Of a DNA stretch of 64,000 bases, positions 27,310 to 41,932 are shown one piece after another. Position 1 is the first letter of the stretch. The number at the start of each line of letters is the position of its first letter. The DNA is taken from NCBI RefSeq assembly GCF_001194135.2, contig NC_068988.1, positions 26,003,094 through 26,067,093 of the forward strand, in the 5' to 3' direction. A program made the position numbers and the translations under genes. Source of the DNA: Octopus bimaculoides (taxonomy: Eukaryota). Under the pieces are notes generated by a model. That model had not been told where the DNA came from, ran no database searches, and worked only from the letters and a program-made list of their open reading frames with translations.

Positions 27310-28060
27310 AGGTTATGTAGACTTCACCAGATGAAGAAGCGTATGTGGAGCCTGATATTTTTGTGGAACAGAAAGACTTGAAGTTCTGACAGCTTAGTGT
27401 ATATTGGAAGGTCACCTAGTAGATATGGTATCCTTGATGCTGAAATACATCATAGGATTGCAAAAGCTAGTGCTGCTTTCCGGAAACCGGAGATGCCACT
27501 CTGGTTAGATCGGGGTCTCACGAGAAATATGAAGTTCACTGCATATGAGTCGTGTGTACTTGCAACTCTGCATTGTAACCGGCGCATCCTGAATATAAAG
27601 GGGTTCTCTTACGTGTCTGATGTTGCTGTAATTCAGCTGGCAGCTCCAGTATTGAGAAAAATATAATTATGAAGCATTTGCGTTGAGCTGCTTATGTTGT
27701 CAGGTGGGAAGAAGGCAGGTGACTCAAAGATATGTTTTATGGGGAGCTGACAAGATGGAAAGGCCTCAGATCAAACCTAAGAAGCGGTTTAAGGATGTCA
27801 TAAAAGGCAAACTTAAAACTGTGGAGATTGATATGGATATCTGTCAGACACTTGTGGAATGTCGTGTATGAAGACCAAGATTATCAAGCGCAGATGTAAA
27901 GTTTTTGAACAAAAGAAAATGGAGCATGCTGCTTGAAGCGCTCACTCCATAAGCGGAACACAAGAGCATGGCTATAGAAACCCAGCAGAAGCTGAAGTGC
28001 TCTATCATTGGACGATTTCTTCTGTCAAGTGCTGAGTTTCTCAGCCATCAAAAGGCATAG
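27310..28060 (+). mobile_element. RTE-clade LINE ORF C-terminal remnant
   Basis: YIGRSPSRYGILDAEIHHRIAKASAAFRK...LW.DRGL; later YGEL...KPKKRFKDVIKGKLK. These are classic RTE C-terminal motifs. Confidence 0.85.
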
Positions 28061-30762
28061 GAGCCAGGGAGAGATCAAACTAATTGTGAGATGGTTTTTA
28101 TACCCAGCGTATCGCGGATAATTTGTACTGAAAAAAGAAATAAATGTCATATCTCTGAACTTTCCGGCAGAACGAAAGTTGGGTTAGAAAGCTACCTGAG
28201 TTGCATCAACATGCTATGTTCAGTTATGAGAACGCACATTTCTGGCAAGCAGTGATATACAGCATATTTATACGCACACTCTCACATACGCACACTCGGG
28301 TACGAAAGCACTCACACATGCATCCACAACACACATACACCCACACGCATATTGAATGAATTTTATGTGAAAATTCAATACTATCGTAATTGAAATACTG
28401 ACTAATATTTAATAGATAATTTTTAATAACATGCTAAATTGTTTTATAAATTAAAAATAGTATTACTCCTCAAATACATTTAATAATCAAATATCATCGA
28501 AAAGGGGTTTTTTTCAGTCTAAAAAACCACGTAGATATTTTGCAAGTATTGTAGCTCTAGCAATCGCTAAATAAATGTTTTATTTAACTCATATTGAATT
28601 ATGTCTAATAGAAATTTAATTTTATACATTTCATGCAAATTTACATATAATTATATATCTACTTACTAGAATTGAATTTTGCTTTCTGAATTATATTTTC
28701 CGAATTTAACATCAAAGTCACGCCAAAAATAGTTTGCAGTTTGCTACGCCATAAAATGTTTCATTTTAAATTTTAAATTCTTATATCATAGATAGTCATC
28801 TGCAGATCGAAATCAATATACTGAAAATTTGCATAAAAACTGCTAATTATTTATCGTTTAGATATTCTGGGTTTAAATTACTAGACTTTGCTGTTTAAAG
28901 ATTCATTTTTTGAAAAACATATTCTAAATGTATAATAGTCTTGATTATTTGGTTTTTCTACATAGTTAGGCTTTGATGGATATGCTAAAATTAGGTCGCT
29001 GTATTTATTACATTATCATTGTGTCGTTCTGCCTCGAAACTAGACAGTCTGCGATAGAAAATGTGTATTATGTCTTGTATTTTTTAAACAATTATATATT
29101 TGAAATGTTTTTTTCTTTCTTTCTGCCTGTATGCAAATGTGATTATAATTGAATATTTTATGAAATATTATCTGAAGATAAGTTTTGCAAATTTCTTTCG
29201 TCACACACTGCTAATTATCTCTAATTTGTTTAAGACAATTAAAGCTCTATTCTTTCATGGTTGTCAGCATATTGACGTAGACAGCAATCTGACGCAACTC
29301 AGGTTTGTTTTCATAAGTAATGACATCGATAAATGCATGAGATTAGACATGGTTGCTGGTACTATCAGAATAATAATCTGATCTTACTCAGAAAATATCA
29401 TACTGTTTTATGAAATAAACATTATATAATCTGCATCTGAGTTTACAAACGATTGGTCAAAATCATCAAAGATAATACTCTGGTTTCAGAGTATTATCCA
29501 TTACGACAGTGATATGGTTAAACGACATTACTAACCTGTTAGTTTTATATATATAAATTGGATTTTCGCATTTGTGTATATATTTATACAAATTGAAAGC
29601 TAAAGCTCGGTGACGGCACTTGGTCGATATTACAAACGTTTGTCTGTTACGTTTGTATGGCTTCATCTAATTATTTTACAGGCCTATAACATTTTAATGC
29701 TGGTATAATCTTATCCAGATTATTTAGTGAGATTCTTTGCAGTAAATACTTCAGTTGTGAAAGAAAGGTAGAATATGGGTTATATAGTTTTGTATGGAAA
29801 TATTCGCTATAGATTAGAATAGAACACTTGAACAATTTATATAGTCTATCGTTCAGTTTTGCATTTAAAATTTGTTAATTAAGCTTGTAGAATACTAGAA
29901 TTATGTCGAATTTTTTAAGGTAGGTTCATGCTGATGAAAATGAAAAAGGCTTTATTTTTTTTTAATTGTAATTTAATAAAGTTATTTTTAATCCACGTTA
30001 TCTTTAACGTAATATAACACAAAATCAAACAAAACACGAAACTATTTTAAAATAGTTAAACCGTTATTTAAAATCTGTTCTAAAACAATTAAAAAGCTAA
30101 TTAATCTACTACTTCGGAAATCAAAGTCCCTTCATTTGTAATAATAAATGTAAGTTGTTTCAAGGTCTTGATTTTGTTAATTGCGTTCATTTACAGAGAC
30201 AATGATATAGAGGGGGCAGTTAATTGTACAAATTCGTTTTAGTCCTTCTCTCATATAACTTTCTAGCAGAATGTGATTTCCCTTCCATTGATTTTTCGTC
30301 AGCTCGTTTACAGCGCGAAAGTTATACTATTCTATGTTGTAAGGTAGCTTTGTAATATCAAAAGAAATCCAACTTTTAATAGTATCAAATGAAAAAATTC
30401 TTTAGACCATTATTCAAATGACATGTATCAAATTAAGACTCTTCTATTTAATGTGTATAAATGATAATTATTGCGTTTAATCGGCGGTACAGTGTATAAA
30501 TCAAGCAAAATGTTTCACTAAATATCAAGATTATTTATGTGTTAATGTTGTTAACTATGATTAATAGAATTTGAGCCTTTAATAATGTACAATGTAAAAA
30601 ACAAAAACTTAGCTATTTTTTAAAGACTGGCAACCATTTAAAGCTAGGTGAATTAATGTGTATTAATGTGAGATAATAAGTGATAGAGAACTGGAAATGT
30701 TGCACGAATATACTTTACAGAAATGTTATCATTGTCATTGGATTTATGACCAACTTAATAAC

Positions 30763-30945
30763 AAGTCGGCGAGCTGGCAGAAACGTTAGCACTCCGGACG
30801 AAATGCCTTGCAGTATTTCGTCTGTCTTTACGTTCTGAGTGGAAATTCCGCCGAGGTCGACTTTGCCTTTCATCCTTTCGACGTCAATAAATTAAGTACC
30901 AGTTGCGTACAAAATTTTGTGTTTGTGCCTAGAGTAGAAAAGAAC
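30763..30945 (+). mobile_element. SINE family A
   Basis: GGCGAGCTGGCAGAAACGTTAGCAC...GAGGTCGACTTTGCCTTTCATCCTTTCG. Confidence 0.9.
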
Positions 30946-32944
30946 ATCCTAACATTATTTTTCTTCATGGTGTAATGAAAATTACATTAGCCAAATTGCT
31001 GTGTTCATATTTTAATTAATATGATAGATTATGTTTCGAGAGAGTTTTCCGGAAGACTGAGTAACAACTTGAAAATTTTGGCACTAGCTGAGTTAGAGCG
31101 CAATGTCAAATGTTAGTTCCATTCAGCAAATTAAACAGGAAATGATTAAAAATTTCCGTTTTGATATATTCTCAATCCTCAATTCGTCAGGATAAGTATA
31201 TGTTGGCAAAGAAAACAATTTTCTTTCATGCATTATATTAAGTTATATCTAAAGGGATTCCGAGCTTTAATAAAATGCTTTCATATCTCTATTCAATATT
31301 TAAAGCCAAAACAAATTTTATAAATTTCTGTGCAGAATAGACTGATACAAGATGATTCTGCGTTCATAATAGGAAGCAGGATTTGCATTAGATTATGCTG
31401 TCAAGTATACGAGAACAAAACCATACATTGGCATAGAATTGTTTGAAAGCAAAAATTTCGTTTACAAATCCTTACTGATCTTTAAACATATATGGATACA
31501 TGTATATATATATATATNNNNNNNNNNNNNNNNNNNNNNNNNNNNNNNNNNNNNNNNNNNNNNNNNNNNNNNNNNNNNNNNNNNNNNNNNNNNNNNNNNN
31601 NNNNNNNNNNNNNNNNNNNNNNNNNNNNNNNNNNNNNNNNNNNNNNNNNNNNNNNNNNNNNNNNNNNNNNNNNNNNNNNNNNNNNNNNNNNNNNNNNNNN
31701 NNNNNNNNNNNNNNNNNNNNNNNNNNNNNNNNNNNNNNNNNNNNNNNNNNNNNNNNNNNNNNNNNNNNNNNNNNNNNNNNNNNNNNNNNNNNNNNNNNNN
31801 NNNNNNNNNNNNNNNNNNNNNNNNNNNNNNNNNNNNNNNNNNNNNNNNNNNNNNNNNNNNNNNNNNNNNNNNNNNNNNNNNNNNNNNNNNNNNNNNNNNN
31901 NNNNNNNNNNNNNNNNNNNNNNNNNNNNNNNNNNNNNNNNNNNNNNNNNNNNNNNNNNNNNNNNNNNNNNNNNNNNNNNNNNNNNNNNNNNNNNNNNNNN
32001 NNNNNNNNNNNNNNNNNNNNNNNNNNNNNNNNNNNNNNNNNNNNNNNNNNNNNNNNNNNNNNNNNNNNNNNNNNNNNNNNNNNNNNNNNNNNNNNNNNNN
32101 NNNNNNNNNNNNNNNNNNNNNNNNNNNNNNNNNNNNNNNNNNNNNNNNNNNNNNNNNNNNNNNNNNNNNNNNNNNNNNNNNNNNNNNNNNNNNNNNNNNN
32201 NNNNNNNNNNNNNNNNNNNNNNNNNNNNNNNNNNNNNNNNNNNNNNNNNNNNNNNNNNNNNNNNNNNNNNNNNNNNNNNNNNNNNNNNNNNNNNNNNTAT
32301 ATATATATAATCATTATTTCAAATTCTAGTACAAGGCCGGCAATTTCGAGGGAGGGGATAATTTATCGACCCTGAAAGGAAGAAAGACAAAATGGAGTTC
32401 GGCAGAGTATATGTATTTAATAACAATTAAATTAATAAACTTATACTATTATTTTCAAAGCTCCTAATAAGTATTGGCTACAAAATGCTACACGTAGTAG
32501 GACTTCTCCTTCTACTGAATATAAAGGTGGAACTCCATGAATATCCACTGAATTTAGGCGAACGAATTTTAATACGAGAAAATGGAATGACCAGGCCGCA
32601 TTCCATATCACTACAATTGTTTCGATGCCTCAGTATCATTTGCTAGTCGATGAACATTACATATATTATACATTTTGTTGCATTAACAAGATCTAACAAT
32701 AACTGTTTACGTACACATCTTCCAGTAAGTAGATTCTAGAATGGGTCTAGATCACGGGTTTCACGAAGCAAATATTATATCGCTTTCTATCTATCCATTT
32801 ATCTATGTATGTATGTATGTATCTATCTATCTATCTATATCTATCTATCTATTTGTCTATCTATCTATCTATCTATCTCAATATATACATATATATTCGC
32901 CCGCACACGCATAAACACTATGTGAATCGACCTTGGTACTAATA

Positions 32945-33152
32945 TTGATTTCAAATATTAGCACAAGGCCAGCAGTTCCAAGATAATTCGATTACATCCA
33001 CTCCAGTGCTCAGTTAGTACTTATTTTATCGATTCCGAAGGGATGAAATGCACATCGACCTCACCGGAATTTGAACTCAGAGCGTAAAGATGGATGAAAC
33101 ACGGCTAAGCAATTTCTCCGGCGGGCTCACGATTCTGCCTACTTGCCGCCTT
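32945..33152 (-). mobile_element. SINE family A (a short related piece also lies at about 32325-32405)
   Basis: CCGGAATTTGAACTCAGAGCGTAAAG and CACAAGGCCAGCAGTT blocks. Confidence 0.8.
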
Positions 33153-33526
33153 AAACTTTGTTAATAATGTTATGCAATATAATATCACTGATCGGTTGAA
33201 ACATTGGAAGCGTCACAGAAAAATTCACTGGTTATTCAGATGCAGATCCGTAGATACTAAGTTCAAATCACGCTAACTTTAACTGTGTATTTCTACCTTC
33301 TTGTGTGAAGGAAATCAATTTATGGATAAACATATTGGGCTTTTGTTGAGCGTTTGAATCCATCATAATGAATCGTAAATCGTTTCAATATCAGAGAATG
33401 CGATTTGCGTCAATGACTTGCGTTTTTCTCATTAGGCCGTCAACAATGAAACACATACACATACATACGCACAGACGCACACACAATCACTTACAAGCAC
33501 ACACACATACACACACACGCGTGCAT

Positions 33527-33566
<40 letters not shown>

Positions 33567-36500
33567 NNNNNNNNNNNNNNNNNNNNNNNNNNNNNNNNNN
33601 NNNNNNNNNNNNNNNNNNNNNNNNNNNNNNNNNNNNNNNNNNNNNNNNNNNNNNNNNNNNNNNNNNNNNNNNNNNNNNNNNNNNNNNNNNNNNNNNNNNN
33701 NNNNNNNNNNNNNNNNNNNNNNNNNNNNNNNNNNNNNNNNNNNNNNNNNNNNNNNNNNNNNNNNNNNNNNNNNNNNNNNNNNNNNNNNNNNNNNNNNNNN
33801 NNNNNNNNNNNNNNNNNNNNNNNNNNNNNNNNNNNNNNNNNNNNNNNNNNNNNNNNNNNNNNNNNNNNNNNNNNNNNNNNNNNNNNNNNNNNNNNNNNNN
33901 NNNNNNNNNNNNNNNNNNNNNNNNNNNNNNNNNNNNNNNNNNNNNNNNNNNNNNNNNNNNNNNNNNNNNNNNNNNNNNNNNNNNNNNNNNNNNNNNNNNN
34001 NNNNNNNNNNNNNNNNNNNNNNNNNNNNNNNNNNNNNNNNNNNNNNNNNNNNNNNNNNNNNNNNNNNNNNNNNNNNNNNNNNNNNNNNNNNNNNNNNNNN
34101 NNNNNNNNNNNNNNNNNNNNNNNNNNNNNNNNNNNNNNNNNNNNNNNNNNNNNNNNNNNNNNNNNNNNNNNNNNNNNNNNNNNNNNNNNNNNNNNNNNNN
34201 NNNNNNNNNNNNNNNNNNNNNNNNNNNNNNNNNNNNTATATATATACATATATCTATATGTATGCATGCATGTATAGGTGGGGATGTATGTATATACACA
34301 CATGTGTGTGTGTGTGTGTTTTCGCGAGCGCATTTAAAGCATATCTGCATATGTGGGTGTACGCTATAAACTTTCAGTTATATTTCATTTTTTTTTCCAT
34401 TTTGTGTGGAGGAGAAAATATATTTCATTACTTGTACAGCTTTATTATGTCAGCTGATGCAATCCCTTTGGGTAATTGAATCCAGCCTATATGACATAGC
34501 TTATGCGCTAGCACAGGCTACCGGTTTACTAGAGCTTCGTATAATTATTGGGTTTATTACATATTACAGAAAATCTGATAAGAAAGACATATATACATAG
34601 AAATGTAATGAGGCGTCATGATTTCCTATAATGCTATCTCTCCAGCGGTCACGATAACTTCATATATCCATCATATCGAATATGTTATGCATCCAGTGAT
34701 TAATCCCTTTATCGATCGTAAATCTATTGAATGTGGTGTTTTGAAAATGTACAGCAGTTTATAATGGCGGAGCTTACGTCATTTGAATGATGATCATTCA
34801 TTTGCACAAGCCATTGAATTCCCAGTAGTAAAATTAATGTTTCAGCGGTTGAGTATTCCATAGCCTCGTGTGCATTTAACGCAATCCACACAGGTCGAAT
34901 TAGCGTGACAAGGTTTTAAAATACAAGTTCAGTTGAACACAATAGTGTTCGGAAAAAAAAAGTGATTATGTTAATCTCATGAGAATATATTTTTTTCCAC
35001 GAAATGATGATGAGGTCTCCATTGAATCTGAACTCAAAATGCAGAGTGCTGAAATAAATATTGTAATGCATTATATCCCACGTCGTAACCCTATACCGAG
35101 CCGTCTCTTTATTAATGTACTAATAGTTCATTGGTTATATCGTAAACAAATATATAAAACATTGAAATAGTTTATACTGACCCATTTTTTCTTATATCAC
35201 CGAGTAGCTTGAAGGCGATAAAAAAATTGTTGTCCACGTAGGAGAGTTAATAGAAGACTATTAGTTACCCGTTTAAACTCAGCATTTAAATATGGTAGGA
35301 TATAGCTAACATTAAAGAAATTAAAAAGTTTGGGTTTGATTTTTTTTTTTAGTGTAAATGTTTATACTCTTTAATTTTATCAATTCTTTACGTTGTAGTG
35401 ACATTGCTATACACTCTAAACTCACAAATATACACGAAAGAGAGGAATACACACAGGCATATATATATATTCAGGCAAATGTTTCGTACATGTTTCTATG
35501 TATGCATTTATGTATAGTCATGTAGATGTATATATATGTATTGTCAAAACAAACAGACAAACAACTTTAAAAATAATAAAACACAAGAAGGGAAGGTGCA
35601 CATGGAATGTATTCGTTTGACACTCAGTAAAAGAGCATTTTTTACGTTCCCGAGCACAGCTCTTAGTCGGAAAGGAAAACGGAAAAGGAAAAGACCAAAG
35701 AAAGAAGAAATCACCAATAGCATTTCGGGTGGTTATATTGTTGTATACGCGTTCGCGCGTGTGTATAAGTATGCATTTATGCATGACGCGCATGTAAACA
35801 TATATGCTTGTGAACATGCATACACACCGTCGGACTTGTGAATCTTTGTTTTGACATATGTATTTGTACATATACATTATGGTGCTATGTTTTGCCCCAG
35901 TAAAATATTTACTCTCACATGTTAAATCTAAATCACCCCTGCAACTTCTACAATAGATGTCCATACTGACGTACATCTGCTTATACTTCAAATGGTATCG
36001 CCTTGTACAAGAACGATTTTGAGCATGTAATTTAAATAACTTTACCACGGGTCGGTCACAAGCTATGAACCAGTCGGCATATTATATATTTATATATGTA
36101 TAGAGTTCTCTTCAAAGAACTGCCTACTAATTAACAAGGAGCTTAGTATGGATTACTCAATTTATCATCATACTGATGTCTGCGATTTAACGTTAGAAGG
36201 ATAAGAGATTGTTGATGTTTGATATATAATCCAGCTATGAACTGATGTGCGAATTTCAATCAGCTTTAGGGAAAGATTTCACAAAGATGATTAGAAACAT
36301 TGCAGTCTTTCTGGACAGAATCACGAAATATACATGCTATGTTAATTTCATTGTGAGACGTACATGAATGTTAAGGCTTTAATATAATTCTGCTATTTCA
36401 AGTAATTTGGGAGTCGATTAATTATTTTTATACACATGCTGTAAAGAAAATATAACCTCAGGTAAATATATATCTCTTAGTCTAAGAACAATTGGCATCC

Positions 36501-38247
36501 CAGAACCGTTATTGAATTAAATATATTATTGTTAACATTATTTCTTCAAAATATTCTTTTGAGGAATTCTAAGATGTTCCTAAATATCATTGCCCTATGC
36601 ACATCCTTCTGCACGAAAGATTTCCTTTTCTAAAATACTTCCGATTTAAGTGGTAACAGTATGCATTATATCAATTTCGGAACATATACTCTGTCTTTAT
36701 TTATCTAATGGTCTACCTTGTGAAATGTCTGAGAAATAACTACACTAGCTTGCTTTACATTCATGGAAAGAACATTGGGTTTAATTAAATTTAAATGTTC
36801 ACAGTATTATAAATAACTTTGCTTAAATACTATCGATCCTATGTCAAGTAGAAATACTAACTTTATAAAGTATAAATTTAAATCACGGCATCATTTCGAT
36901 AAAACATGGCCTCATTTCGGTAGTATGTAGTAATTCATGTATCGCTTAACTTTCAACAAATGATAGTATAAAATACATTTACAACTACTCTCAACTGCAT
37001 TGTAAAGGATCTTTTTCTGCAAAAGGATTATCCCTTTCGAGAATACACTTTATAAAGTAGTTTTACAATTTATTTTATCCTCATTACTATAAGGTCGCCA
37101 AAATCTCACATAAATCAAAAGGAAAATATACTCAACTCTTGATGTGTCTTGCATTTAGTCACTAACCGTCATATGGAATTGTGTCCCTCAGAAGTGTTTC
37201 CCCAGTATTTAAATAATTTTAGAAAGGATATTTATAAAAGAAAAACAGTTCACATATGTCCAACATATTTCATTCTTAAAAATCATTTTGCGTGTGTACA
37301 GAAAATGTATTTCAGTTATATTAATGATACTGCTTTTTGGGGCGTAATTCAGCCAGTGTAGCCATAAATTTGATGGACATCTATACTCGGGCATATAAAC
37401 ATATTATGCTTAATTAGAACATCTGCGAGCCGAAGGCATTAAGTTGGACTGTCATAGAGAGGGAATTCTATGCCATTTAAATTCTGATAGAATGGCACTG
37501 AGAAAAATTGATTTCTACGAACATTTCAGGACGTACTTAGTTATGAATTTTATCCCGCTTTGGTCTAAGGAGCCGATACACACACAAATGTGAACGCTGC
37601 AAACAACATGGCCCCAGTCATATTGTGGTCATGATATCTATTGAAGAGTAATCTTGATCAGAAGAAAGAATATGTATTCAAAGGTATAGAAAAAACGCAT
37701 AGAGACCATAAGAAATACGTACGAAACTCATTATATATCACATTCGTTGAAATGTTCCTATGTCCAATTCAACAAATAGTGCATAATTGGTTTTAATAAT
37801 ACTATTTATATGTAAATATGGCGTGAACTTTTAATTGCTGAGTGAGATAGAAAATTGAAAGTATAATGAATATAAAACATTTGATTTTCACAATCAATAT
37901 TTATATATTGAGGGGAAAATAATTCAATTTAAAATAAGATACTTTATGTAAATAACCAGACATTGGTTAGGTCACATTGCTTTCGATTCTGTGTTTTGCG
38001 CTCAATGAAAATAAAATGTAGTATTTATCGATTTCAGATATTCCAAGAATAATTGCGATTAAAAATGGGGACACTTCGGCTTTATCGACTATTAGTTTTA
38101 TAATAAACCATGAAAGAGATCATCCACGTAAATCAGTGTTTATATATTAGTATCTCAATGGTGCCAAATGTTAGATGTATGCTAGGAAAATAATGCCAAC
38201 TCATAGATTTCATAACGTAATANNNNNNNNNNNNNNNNNNNNNNNNN

Positions 38248-38285
<38 letters not shown>

Positions 38286-38778
38286 ATTTGACTCTGTGTG
38301 AATATGTGAGCCTGTATGTGCATTATATATTCGTACCTGGGCACATTTACAGAAGCTAAATATTGATGAATCTTAGGATATCATTATATTATTATTCTGG
38401 AAACATTTTAGAAATTTTGGACTAACAATAGCACACTATCTAAGGAATATAATAGATGGAGTAAAAACTGAACGAAAAAGTAAAATTGATAATTGTGTAT
38501 ATCTAAACTTTAGGGAATTAACTGCACACAAACGTACACACACACAAAGAACAAATATTACTTGAAATGTTATCTCTGAGCAGAATAGTATTTCCTCAGA
38601 ATGAAATTATTGTTAAAATCTTCTACATACTATATCTGGTATCTCGACCATGCTAAAAAAAAATTTGGTGACTTTCTATTTTTTATACACTTTCATTTTT
38701 TGCCTGCGTGGTATCTCCTTTGTTCTAATATTTTTTTCAGTTATCTTCTTTATAATAAGAAGCGGGGATTTTGCTTCA

Positions 38779-39640
38779 CTCTTCTTCTTCTTCTTCTTCT
38801 TCTTCTTTTTCTTCGTCTTCTTCTTCTTCTTCTTTTTCTTCTTCTTCTTCTTCTTCTTCTTCTTCTTCTTCTTCTTCTTCTTTTTCTTCTTCTTCTTCTT
38901 TTTCTTCTTCTTCTTCTTGATCATCATCATCTTCTTCTCCTTCTTCTTCTTGATCATCATCATCATCATCATCATATTCTTCTTTTTCTTCTTCTTCTTT
39001 TTCTTCTTCTTCTACTGAATATTATTATTATTATTATTATTATTATTGGTGCGAGTGTGTGTGTGTTTGACCTTATTATCTTGGAAAGTATCATGTAGCA
39101 AGTTGAGGAAATTTGAAATGATGATGTATGAACTATGTTTTCTATGGAGAAGATAAGCGATGGCCTACCTATCAGATAAACAGAACAAATTTCGTCTAAA
39201 GCATCGTCTAAATTTCTTCATGTCTCTTCTTCTTCTTCTTCTTCTTCTTCTTCTTCTTCTTCTTCTTCTTCTTCATTTCCTTCTTTTTCTTCTTCTTCTT
39301 CTTCATTTCCTTATTTTTCTTCTTATTATTCACCATCATCATCTTCTTCTACCTCCTCTTCTTCTTCTTCTACCTCTTCTCCTTTTCTTTCTTTCTTCTT
39401 CTTTTCCATCTTCTTCTACCTCTTCTTCTCCTTTTCCTTGTTTTTGTTTTTCTACCTCTTCGCCTTATTATTATCTTTTTCTATTTCTTTTTCCGCTTCT
39501 TTCTTATTCTCTTCTTTCTTTTTTTCTCCTTCTTGTTCTTCTCCTTCCTCATCTTCTTCTCTTTGTTGTTGTTGTTGTTCTTCTTCTTATCTCCTCTTCC
39601 TCTTCCACCTCCTCCTCCTATTACTACTACTACTGCAGCA
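38779..39640. repeat. Two compound (CTT)n/(CAT)n/(ATT)n/(CCT)n low-complexity tracts
   Basis: Direct reading; source of the poly-L/F/K ORFs in the track. Confidence 0.95.
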
Positions 39641-39654
39641 CCACTGACGTAGCC

Positions 39655-39913
39655 ACCACCACGACTGTGGTGACTCCCTTTGGTCACGACCATGGGATTG
39701 CACTTACAAAGTTACCCTCCCAGGCACAAGTCTGTGCACGGTTTGTTTATGGAAGACCAGCAGTCGACCATGCATACCGGCCTCCCCTTTCCTCGCCACC
39801 ATTGTTATCCAATGGAAAAGCAATGGGGGGGGGGTNNNNNNNNNNACCATGCATACCGGCCTCCCCTTTCCTCGCCACCATTGTTATCCAATGGAAAAGC
39901 AATGGGGGGGGGG
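39655..39913 (+). mobile_element. Probable retroposon 3' segment, partly duplicated across a 10-N gap
   Basis: GC-rich block CCCAGGCACAAGTC...GGAAGACCAGCAGTCGACCATGCATACCGGCCTCCCC in an AT-rich background; family not assigned. Confidence 0.45.
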
Positions 39914-39992
39914 TAGAAAATTAAATTCAGAATACACAGTTTCCATCTACTAACCTCACTCACAATATACTGCTTCGCCCAGTGCTATATAT

Positions 39993-40088
39993 TATAAGAC
40001 GCTTGCCCATGGTGCCCCGCAAGGGTACTGAACCGGAAACCATGTGTTTGCAATGCGAGCTTCTCAGCTACACGGCGATACCTGTGCG
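39993..40088 (-). mobile_element. SINE family B head, degraded
   Basis: CTTGCCCATGGTGCC...CTGAACCGGAAACCATGTG. Confidence 0.75.
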
Positions 40089-40211
40089 TGAATGTCGACC
40101 GAATTGCCAATACTACATGCTATATTTAGTTACGGCTCTTTACATTCTTTGTTCAAATACCACGGAGATCAATTCTTTTTCTCATTCCTCCGTTGTTGAT
40201 TGAATTTACTG

Positions 40212-40597
40212 TTTTACTCTTTTACTGTTTTACCTGTTGCAATCATTTAACTGTGGCCATGCAGGAGCACCGCCTTTATTCGAGCAAATCGATCGCAGGA
40301 TATATTCTTTGTAAGCCTAGTACTTATTCTATCGGAAGCTTTTGCCAGACAGCTAAGTTACGGAGACATAAACACACCAGCATCAGTTGTCAAGCGATGT
40401 TGGGGGGACAAACACAGACACACAAACATATACATATATACCACATTCTTCTTTCAGTTTCTGTCTACCAATCTACTCACAAGGCTTTGGTTGAACCGAG
40501 GCTATAGTAGAAGACACTTACCCAAGGTGCCACGCAGTGGGACTGAACCCGGAACGATGTGGTTCGTAAGCAAGTGACTTACCATACAGCCACTCCT
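40212..40597 (-). mobile_element. Full-length SINE family B (CORE-like, ~385 bp)
   Basis: tRNA-like head AGGAGTGGCTGTATGGTAAG...GGGTTCAGTCCC, CORE-like TTGGGTAAGTGTCTT, internal (TG)/(TA) tract, and a GTAAAA-repeat tail. Confidence 0.9.
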
Positions 40598-41424
40598 ACT
40601 ACAAATCAAGTACAAATCAGTTGATGGTACTGACTAAATTTTACTTCAAATTTCAGTCCTGCGTATGCTAGACTTTTTATGAAATTAGTGAAGGAGGGCT
40701 TTTCATTCATTAATAAAAAAGGGTAAAAAAGATTCATTGTCATGTACCGTATTGAAGCATAACACCTTACTCACGCAACTATGGAATCACTTCTAATTAT
40801 TAACTAGAATTGTCAGCAGTAGAAAGAGTTAAAATCTTTATCTGCATGATAGGAACATTTTCTGTTAATATGCCATGTGATATTACATCTCCTTGTCTAC
40901 TTCAGGTCTTTTGAAATTTGGCCAACAGGTATTTCTTGGAGAAAAACGAGAGGAATTAATGATTAGTCTCACCTAAGCAAAGGAGTCTAATAATTGCTTG
41001 AGTACCTTGGAAATAAACCCCTGTAAAATGAGATACCGTATTATTATTATATAATTATTCAGCATTTGACAGTTTGAGGCAAATTTCTACTGCATCGCTT
41101 CTTGCACTTCCGTGCTGCTGACGTGTGTGCAGCATTGCGTGTTATTTTCAGCTGTGTGGAGTGCACGAACTCTGCCCGGTATTGTATTGTGCTAGTTTTT
41201 ATTTCTCCCTTGTGGTATTGTGTTACTGCCTGTATTGTATATTGAGTGTGTAATGCGTTGGTTATTGGTTTGCTACTGGGAATTTATTTCACTTGGTAAC
41301 TGCGGTATAGTGGCTGTCTTCTTTAGTGGGTTGTTTTGTTTACTTTGTATTATTGAATTCATTGTGTCTTGCGTAAGATGTGGGCTGTTCTTGGTAGGGA
41401 TATTTTTGGGGTAGTGTGTCGTGT

Positions 41425-41822
41425 CGAGGATCCAGGTATAGCTTCTACATTTTTGTCATATGTTTTTCTTTCATCATGCCCAATGCTCCAATTATTATTG
41501 GTATTGTTTTTACCTTCATGCCCCATATCTTGAATACTTCAATTTCAAGGTGTCTGTACTTTGACAATTTCTCCACTGCTTTTTGAACTATATTTTGATC
41601 AGAAGGGACTGCAATGCCTATCAGTAAGCACGTGTGCTCCTCTCCCCAATCCTTGATTAACATGTCTGAGCCATTAGCTTTTATTTCTTTGTCACTTTCA
41701 ACCGTCGCCTCCTGGCCGTTGTTTTGTACCTTGTTTGACACCTATTGTCAGTTTTAATGTTGTAATGGTGACATATTGTCCAGTGGATATAACTGCTTAC
41801 TTTGTCGTGTCTGTATATTTTT
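41425..41822 (-). mobile_element. R4/Dong-type non-LTR retrotransposon, RLE endonuclease C-terminus
   Basis: RHDKVSSYIHWTICHHY...DKEIKANGSDMLIKD...CLLIGIAVPSDQNIVQKAVEKLSKYRHLEIEVFKIWGMKVKTIPIIIGALG matches RHD..V..IHW...ANRPD...DVAVP.D.N...KE.EK..KY..L......IPIVIGALG. Confidence 0.85.
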
Positions 41823-41848
41823 ATTATTATTATCATTATTATTATTAT

Positions 41849-41928
<80 letters not shown>
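41849..41928. repeat. Perfect 80-bp palindrome T(AGT)13(ACT)13A
   Basis: The AGT run 41850-41888 switches directly to its reverse complement ACT at 41889. Confidence 0.95.

Positions 41929-41932
<4 letters not shown>

Noticed and set aside
38601-39924. Long poly-Leu/Phe/Lys ORFs (up to 254 aa)
   Set aside because: Translations of (CTT)n-type microsatellites.
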